Part shown: positions 58,467-64,000 of the stretch, piece by piece
Layout: every line of letters starts with the position of its first letter
Position numbering within the stretch: the stretch's first letter is position 1
From: Halarcobacter sp.
GTDB lineage: Bacteria; Campylobacterota; Campylobacteria; Campylobacterales; Arcobacteraceae
NCBI GenBank assembly: GCA_963676565.1
Contig: OY781089.1
Span: 480,001 to 544,000 of the forward strand
Reading direction: 5' to 3'
DNA length: 64,000 nt
Notes under the pieces: model-generated
What the model was told of the DNA's origin: nothing
The model's database searches: none
The model's input: the letters and a program-made list of their open reading frames with translations, nothing else
Program-made: the position numbers and the translations under genes

Positions 58467-59669
58467 ATGTCTATATTTAAAAAAATTCTAATTTTATTTT
58501 CTTTTAGTTTTATTCTTATGAGTATTATTGGTTTTTGGATGGATACTATTAACTCAAATAGAATTGATAGCTTGATAAAAGAAAAATATGCAAAAATTTC
58601 TTACGAAATTTTAGATAACTTTGATGACATTAACAAAATAAAAGAATTAGAATTAAAATATGGACTAAAAAAAATTGACGATTTTAAAAGTTTAGAAAAT
58701 GAGGTTTTATATGAAGAGAATCTGACATTTGGCTTTGTTAAGATTTTCCAAAAATTTTTCCAAGATGAGTTTATACTTCAAATAAAGTATTTAGATGATG
58801 AATATATTTTTCAAACTAAAGATGAAGGAAGTATTAACGACAAATTTATACTAAATATTCTAATAGTTCTTGATGTTTTAGCGTTAATCATTATCTTTTT
58901 ATTTGTACTGAAGATTTTTTCACCTTTAAAACAAATTTCTAAACAAATTACTCAATTTGCAAATGGAAACTTCTCTACAAGAGTTGATATAAAATCAAAT
59001 GATGAGATTGGGAAACTCGCAGATACATTTAACAATATGGCATCTAAACTTGAAAACCTTATAAATACAAGGGAAGAACTCTTAAGAGATATTGGACATG
59101 AACTAAGAACCCCAATAGCAAGAGGAAAATTTGCAATTGAAAAAATTGATGATTTTTCACAAAAAGAATTAATGAAAAAAATTTTCAGTGATCTTGAAAT
59201 ATTAACAAATGAATTAATAGAATTAGAAAGATTAAACTCTTCAAAACTAAACTTTGAAAAATTTACCAATAAAAAACTTATAATAGAATCCCTACAAAAA
59301 ATACATTTTGATAATGAAGAAAAAATAAAATTAAATATAAAAGATGATTTTGAAATAGAAGGTGATTTTTACTACTTATGTATTGCTTTAAAAAACTTAA
59401 TAGATAATGCTTTAAAATATAGTATAAAATTCCCAATAGAAATCTCATCATCAAAAAATAATATTCAAGTTATAAGTTTCGGTGAACCATTATCCCGTGA
59501 GATTGAATACTACCTTCAAGCATTTACCCAAGAACTTCCCCAAAGAAATGGCTTTGGATTAGGACTTAGTATTGTAAAGAAAATTGCAGATAAACATAAT
59601 TTTAAAATCTCCTACAAGCATAATGAAAAAAATAATAGCAATAACTTTACTCTAGACATAAACTCATAG
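58467..59669 (+). CDS. Sensor histidine kinase (HAMP-HisKA-HATPase)
   Basis: DEIGKLA, IGHELRTP, NLIDNALKY, GFGLGLSIV. Confidence 0.93.
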   Translation: MSIFKKILILFSFSFILMSIIGFWMDTINSNRIDSLIKEKYAKISYEILDNFDDINKIKELELKYGLKKIDDFKSLENEVLYEENLTFGFVKIFQKFFQDEFILQIKYLDDEYIFQTKDEGSINDKFILNILIVLDVLALIIIFLFVLKIFSPLKQISKQITQFANGNFSTRVDIKSNDEIGKLADTFNNMASKLENLINTREELLRDIGHELRTPIARGKFAIEKIDDFSQKELMKKIFSDLEILTNELIELERLNSSKLNFEKFTNKKLIIESLQKIHFDNEEKIKLNIKDDFEIEGDFYYLCIALKNLIDNALKYSIKFPIEISSSKNNIQVISFGEPLSREIEYYLQAFTQELPQRNGFGLGLSIVKKIADKHNFKISYKHNEKNNSNNFTLDINS

Positions 59670-59732
59670 TTATTCTCACAAGTTTTATAAATAGAAAATA
59701 AGATATAATCTCGAAAAAACTTAAGGGATAAG

Positions 59733-60341
59733 ATGACTGCACTTGAGATTGCTGATATTGTTGGTATCATATCTTTTGCAATTAGTGGTTTTTTAATTGC
59801 TGTACATATGAAACTAGATATTTTGGGTATTTTTATATCTGCATTTTTAACTGCCTTTGGTGGTGGAATGATTAGGGATGTTATTGCAAATAAAACACCA
59901 TATATTTTTACAAATAACCTTCCTATTGTTTTGGTTCTAGTAACTATTGTTTTAGCAGTAGTATTTAAACTTCATAAAATACCAGATTTAGAAGGTAAAA
60001 CTGCTTTTGTTGTTACAGATACCATTGGATTAGCTTCTTTTGCTATTTCGGGTGCATTAATAGCTATGAAGGCAGATTTTAATTTTATAGGTATTATTTT
60101 ACTTTCACTTCTAACAGCTATTGGTGGTGGTACTTTAAGAGATGTTGTTATAAATAGAATTCCTGCAGTTTTAATAAGTGACTTCTATGGTGCAATAGCT
60201 ATTATCATCTCATTTGTAATAATTGCAACTGATTACTTTTATGAGATAAACAAAGTTACACTTTTAGCAATATTTATTTTTGGTATTGTTTTAAGACTTG
60301 TGGCATATTATAGAAAATGGCATCTACCTACTCTTTCGTAG
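59733..60341 (+). CDS. TRIC/UPF0126 family membrane protein
   Basis: Duplicated FAISG...TA(F/I)GGG..RD motifs. Confidence 0.92.
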   Translation: MTALEIADIVGIISFAISGFLIAVHMKLDILGIFISAFLTAFGGGMIRDVIANKTPYIFTNNLPIVLVLVTIVLAVVFKLHKIPDLEGKTAFVVTDTIGLASFAISGALIAMKADFNFIGIILLSLLTAIGGGTLRDVVINRIPAVLISDFYGAIAIIISFVIIATDYFYEINKVTLLAIFIFGIVLRLVAYYRKWHLPTLS

Positions 60342-60358
60342 ATAGATGTTGATTTAAA

Positions 60359-61711
60359 TTAGTGAGAAACTGCTTCTAAAACAGACTCACTAAGTGTTGG
60401 GTGAGCAAATATCATTTTTGATAAATCTTTCATAGTTAGACCTGCATTTATAGCAACTAAAAACTCGTGAATTATCTCTGTTGCTTCATTCCCAATAATT
60501 CCCGCACCTAAGATTTTATCAGTTTCCGTACTATAAATGATTTTAATAAAACCACTATCATCACCTTTTATTTTTGCTTTTGCATTTGGTTTAAAAAATA
60601 CCTTTTTAGCCTTAAAAGGCACTCCCTCTTCTTTTAAACTTACTTCACTAGCTCCAATACTAGCAACCTGAGGCGAGCAAAAAGTTACAGATGGCCAAAT
60701 CGAATTTTGTTCAAATACTTCTTTTTTAAGTATTTGTTGTGCCACTCTTTTTGCTTCATAATATGCTACATGAGCTAAAGCAGGAGTTTTAATCACATCA
60801 CCTATTGCATATACATTTGGATTTGATATTGATTTCAGATTTTCATCAACCTCAACAAAACCTCTATCACTTATGATATTTGCAAGCTCAAGATTTAAAT
60901 CATTTGAGTTTGGAACTCTTCCAATAGATACTAAGATTTTTTCAAAAATCTCTGTTTTTTGTTTTTTCCCTAAATCAATTGTTACCTCAACACCCTCTTC
61001 TTTTATCTCAAAAGATGTGATATTTGCCTTTACATCAACTTTTATTCCAGCTCTTTCAAACTCTCTTTTTAAAGTTTTACCCATATCATCATCTTCTGCT
61101 GGAATTAGCTTTGGTGTGAATTCTGCTATTTGCGTTGTAGTTCCAAGACTACTAAAAAAAGTAGCAAATTCACATCCAATCGCTCCTCCTCCAACTACTA
61201 AAATAGATTCTGGGAGTTTTTCTAATTGAAATACTTCTCTACTAGAGATAATATTTTTACCATCAACTTTTAATAAAGGGTGTTCCCTATGTGAAGAACC
61301 AGAGGCTATAATAAAGTTTGTAGCAGTAAGTACTTCATCATTTACTTTAATTTTATTTGCATCAATAAATGAAGCTATACCATATTTGATTTCAACTTTC
61401 CCTTTTTTTAACATATTAAAAACACCAGTTTTTGTATCACAAATAAGTCTGCAAGTATTGGCTTTCAACTTACTCATATCAAAACCACTTATTGATACAT
61501 CAACCCCACACTCTTTAAAATACTTAGCTTTTTTTACAAAAGTAGCGCTTTCTAAAAAGTTCTTTGCAGGAATACAACCTTCATTTAAACATGTTCCACC
61601 AACACTATCTTCACCTTTTTCAATAATACAAACACTTTTACCACCACTTCCAAGTAGTGAAGCCACTTCATAACCTGCTGGCCCTGCTCCAATAACTATA
61701 ACATCATACAT
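60359..61711 (-). CDS. lpdA: Dihydrolipoyl dehydrogenase (likely glycine cleavage L protein)
   Basis: GAGPAG, GGTCLNEGCIP, GGGAIG, HPTLSE; in the gcv cluster. Confidence 0.92.
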   Translation of the reverse strand: MYDVIVIGAGPAGYEVASLLGSGGKSVCIIEKGEDSVGGTCLNEGCIPAKNFLESATFVKKAKYFKECGVDVSISGFDMSKLKANTCRLICDTKTGVFNMLKKGKVEIKYGIASFIDANKIKVNDEVLTATNFIIASGSSHREHPLLKVDGKNIISSREVFQLEKLPESILVVGGGAIGCEFATFFSSLGTTTQIAEFTPKLIPAEDDDMGKTLKREFERAGIKVDVKANITSFEIKEEGVEVTIDLGKKQKTEIFEKILVSIGRVPNSNDLNLELANIISDRGFVEVDENLKSISNPNVYAIGDVIKTPALAHVAYYEAKRVAQQILKKEVFEQNSIWPSVTFCSPQVASIGASEVSLKEEGVPFKAKKVFFKPNAKAKIKGDDSGFIKIIYSTETDKILGAGIIGNEATEIIHEFLVAINAGLTMKDLSKMIFAHPTLSESVLEAVSH

Positions 61712-61714
61712 ACC

Positions 61715-62608
61715 CTACTCTCCTACATACTCATGAGCTAAATAAGAACTTCTAGTATAAGGACTTGAATGAACATATTCAAAACCAAGCTCTAGTGCAA
61801 TATCTTTATATCTTTTAAATTGTGAAGGTTTTACATACTCTTTTACTTTTGTAAACTCATTTGATGGAGCTAAATATTGACCAATACTTAGATAATCACA
61901 CCCAACATCTCTTAAGTCTTTCATAACCTCAATCATCTCCTCTTCCGTTTCACCAAGACCAACCATAAGTGCTGTTTTTGTTTTTACATTTTTAGGAGCC
62001 AAAGTTTTTAGTTTTCTTAAGACTTGAAGTGACCTTTTATAGTTTGCTGCTTTTCTGATTTTATACAAAGAAGGAACCGTTTCCATATTGTGTCCTAAAA
62101 CAACAGCTCCAGATTCCACTGCTATTTTAAGAGACTCCATATTCCCTTGAAAGTCAGGAATTAAAAGTTCAACTTTTGTATCAGGAAGCTCCTTTAAGAT
62201 TTTTTGAGTTACCTCATAAAATTGACTTGCTCCACCATCTTTTAAATCATCCCTAGCAGGACTTGTTATAACCACATATTTAAGCCCTAATGCTTTTACT
62301 GATTTATAAACTTGTTCTATCTCATCTTTATTTACAGAGTTTGGCTTTCCAGTTTCAACATTACAATAAGAGCATCTTCTAGTACAAATTCTCCCAAGGA
62401 TTAGAAAGGTTGCATTTTTCTTAGAGAAACACTCACTTATATTTGGGCATTTTGCTTCTTGGCAAATAGTATGGATACCCACATCATTTAAAAGTTGGTC
62501 CATCTCTTTTTGGGCTCCAAAGTTAAGCTTTTTTTGAAGCCATTCAGGTTTTCTCCCATTAACACTATTTTTTATAAATTCTCTAGAATTAATCTTTTTA
62601 GTCATCAT
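61715..62608 (-). CDS. lipA: Lipoyl synthase
   Basis: CQEAKCPNISEC, CTRRCSYC, IGQYL, RSSY. Confidence 0.97.
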   Translation of the reverse strand: MMTKKINSREFIKNSVNGRKPEWLQKKLNFGAQKEMDQLLNDVGIHTICQEAKCPNISECFSKKNATFLILGRICTRRCSYCNVETGKPNSVNKDEIEQVYKSVKALGLKYVVITSPARDDLKDGGASQFYEVTQKILKELPDTKVELLIPDFQGNMESLKIAVESGAVVLGHNMETVPSLYKIRKAANYKRSLQVLRKLKTLAPKNVKTKTALMVGLGETEEEMIEVMKDLRDVGCDYLSIGQYLAPSNEFTKVKEYVKPSQFKRYKDIALELGFEYVHSSPYTRSSYLAHEYVGE

Positions 62609-62629
62609 CTAATCCTTAAAATACACTAT

Positions 62630-64000
62630 TTAACAAGAACTACAAACATCAAGCTCTTTAATAGCCCTTGTATCATCAGGTCTACAAACACCTAATGTTT
62701 TTGGAAACTCTTTAAAAGCACTTGCATCTTCATGTGCTAACTTAACAGCCTCAATCATCCGGTCACAGAACTCATCTAAAGTCTCTTTATTTTCAGTTTC
62801 TGTTGGTTCTATCATAATTGCTTCTTTTACAATTAATGGGAAATAAACTGTAGGTGCATGAAGACCAAAATCAAGTAAATATTTTGCAATATCCATAGCG
62901 GTAACCTTATTCTCTTTTGCTAAAGTTTTAGCAGAGAATACACACTCATGCATACATAAAGTATCATATGGAGTATCTAAATGCTCTCTTAGTCTTGCTC
63001 TTATATAGTTTGCATTTAAAACAGCTTTAGAACTTGCGTTTTTCATCCCATTTCCACCTAAAACTGTCATATAAGCTAAGGCTCTTAAGCTAATTCCATA
63101 GTTTCCAAAAAATGGTGAAATTTTACCAATAGAATCAGCTCCACCTGAAGTAAATTCATAAACACCATCAACTTTACAGATCCCTAAGTCTGGTAAAAAT
63201 GGTTTTAATTTTTCATTTACTCCAACAGGACCCGAACCAGGACCTCCACCACCATGCGGCGTTGCAAATGTTTTATGAACATTAATGTGAATAACATCAA
63301 ATCCAATATCTCCTGGACGTGCAACTCCCATAATAGCATTCATATTTGCTCCATCATAATACATCATTGCATCATATTCATGGGCTAAATCACAAATCTC
63401 TTTAATTCTTTTATTATAAATTCCAAGTGTATTTGGAACAGTAAGCATAACAGCTGCTACCTCATCAGACATTTTTGCTTTAAAAGCATCAAAATCCATT
63501 GCACCATTTTCATCTGATTTAATAGTAATAACCTCATATCCAACCATTGCAGCAGTTGCTGGATTTGTTCCATGGGAAGAATCAGGAACAATTACATATT
63601 TTCTTTTATTTCCTTTGCTTTCATGATATTTTTCAATCATCATAATTCCAAGCATTTCACCATGGGCTCCTGCTTGTGGAGTAGTTGTAAAAGCTTTCAT
63701 ACCAGTTACTGCACAAAGCTTCTGTTCTAATTCATCAATAACTTGTAATGCCCCTTGAACATCCTCATTCATGTTATTTGTAACTAAATGTGGGTGAATA
63801 GATGAAAATCCTTCTAAACTAGCTACTTTTTCAGCTATTTTTGGATTATACTTCATAGTACAAGAGCCAAGAGGATAAAAGTTTTTATCGATTGCAAAGT
63901 TTTTAGTTGAAAGATTTGTAAAATGTCTAATCACATCAAACTCACTAAGCTCTGGTAATCCTGCTTTTCGTTCCCTTAATAATTTCTCATCAAGTTTTAC
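62630..64000 (-). CDS. gcvPB: Glycine dehydrogenase (decarboxylating) subunit 2, start outside the window
   Basis: LPELSEFDVIRHF, YPLGSCTMKYNP, AGAHGE, HGTNPATA, HKTFATPHGGGGPG, EPTETE; frame stays open to the window end. Confidence 0.96.
   Translation of the reverse strand, partial: VKLDEKLLRERKAGLPELSEFDVIRHFTNLSTKNFAIDKNFYPLGSCTMKYNPKIAEKVASLEGFSSIHPHLVTNNMNEDVQGALQVIDELEQKLCAVTGMKAFTTTPQAGAHGEMLGIMMIEKYHESKGNKRKYVIVPDSSHGTNPATAAMVGYEVITIKSDENGAMDFDAFKAKMSDEVAAVMLTVPNTLGIYNKRIKEICDLAHEYDAMMYYDGANMNAIMGVARPGDIGFDVIHINVHKTFATPHGGGGPGSGPVGVNEKLKPFLPDLGICKVDGVYEFTSGGADSIGKISPFFGNYGISLRALAYMTVLGGNGMKNASSKAVLNANYIRARLREHLDTPYDTLCMHECVFSAKTLAKENKVTAMDIAKYLLDFGLHAPTVYFPLIVKEAIMIEPTETENKETLDEFCDRMIEAVKLAHEDASAFKEFPKTLGVCRPDDTRAIKELDVCSSC

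Overview
AT-rich bacterial chromosome segment. Gene content and regulatory signals point to Campylobacterota, most like Arcobacteraceae (inference). It is mostly housekeeping and metabolic genes: ung (partial), lemA-TPM-TPM, nhaD, a complete assimilatory sulfate reduction/cysteine operon (metY-like, rrf2, cysK, cysH, cysD, cysN, sulfite reductase), phoX, hsp20, typA, an aspA-dcuA-ansB-TCS-glsA cluster, an SHP/diheme cytochrome c/cytochrome b operon and the end of a glycine cleavage cluster (gcvPB, lipA, lpdA). I found no tRNA, rRNA, CRISPR array, transposase or integrase. Most interesting: (1) a tightly coupled 9-gene operon (44.7-52.7 kb) built around a CcoN/NorB-like protein that keeps the haem-ligand His residues but appears to have lost the CuB/FeB ligands, together with a MacB-type ABC transporter, YceI and its own two-component system; (2) an unannotated 31-aa hydrophobic peptide whose SD sits in a mutually exclusive hairpin switch, with a possible antisense RNA (type I toxin-antitoxin-like, 34.6-34.8 kb); (3) a candidate sRNA hairpin at 7.8 kb between convergent -10 boxes; (4) a MoxR-like AAA+/vWA pair behind a sigma54-type promoter, with a degenerate HExxH; (5) a DUF2971 gene bracketed by two palindromic repeats, one ERIC-like; (6) two single-base frameshifts (GntR; cytochrome b-DHC fusion). 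Family assignments come from motif recognition by eye, not database searches.
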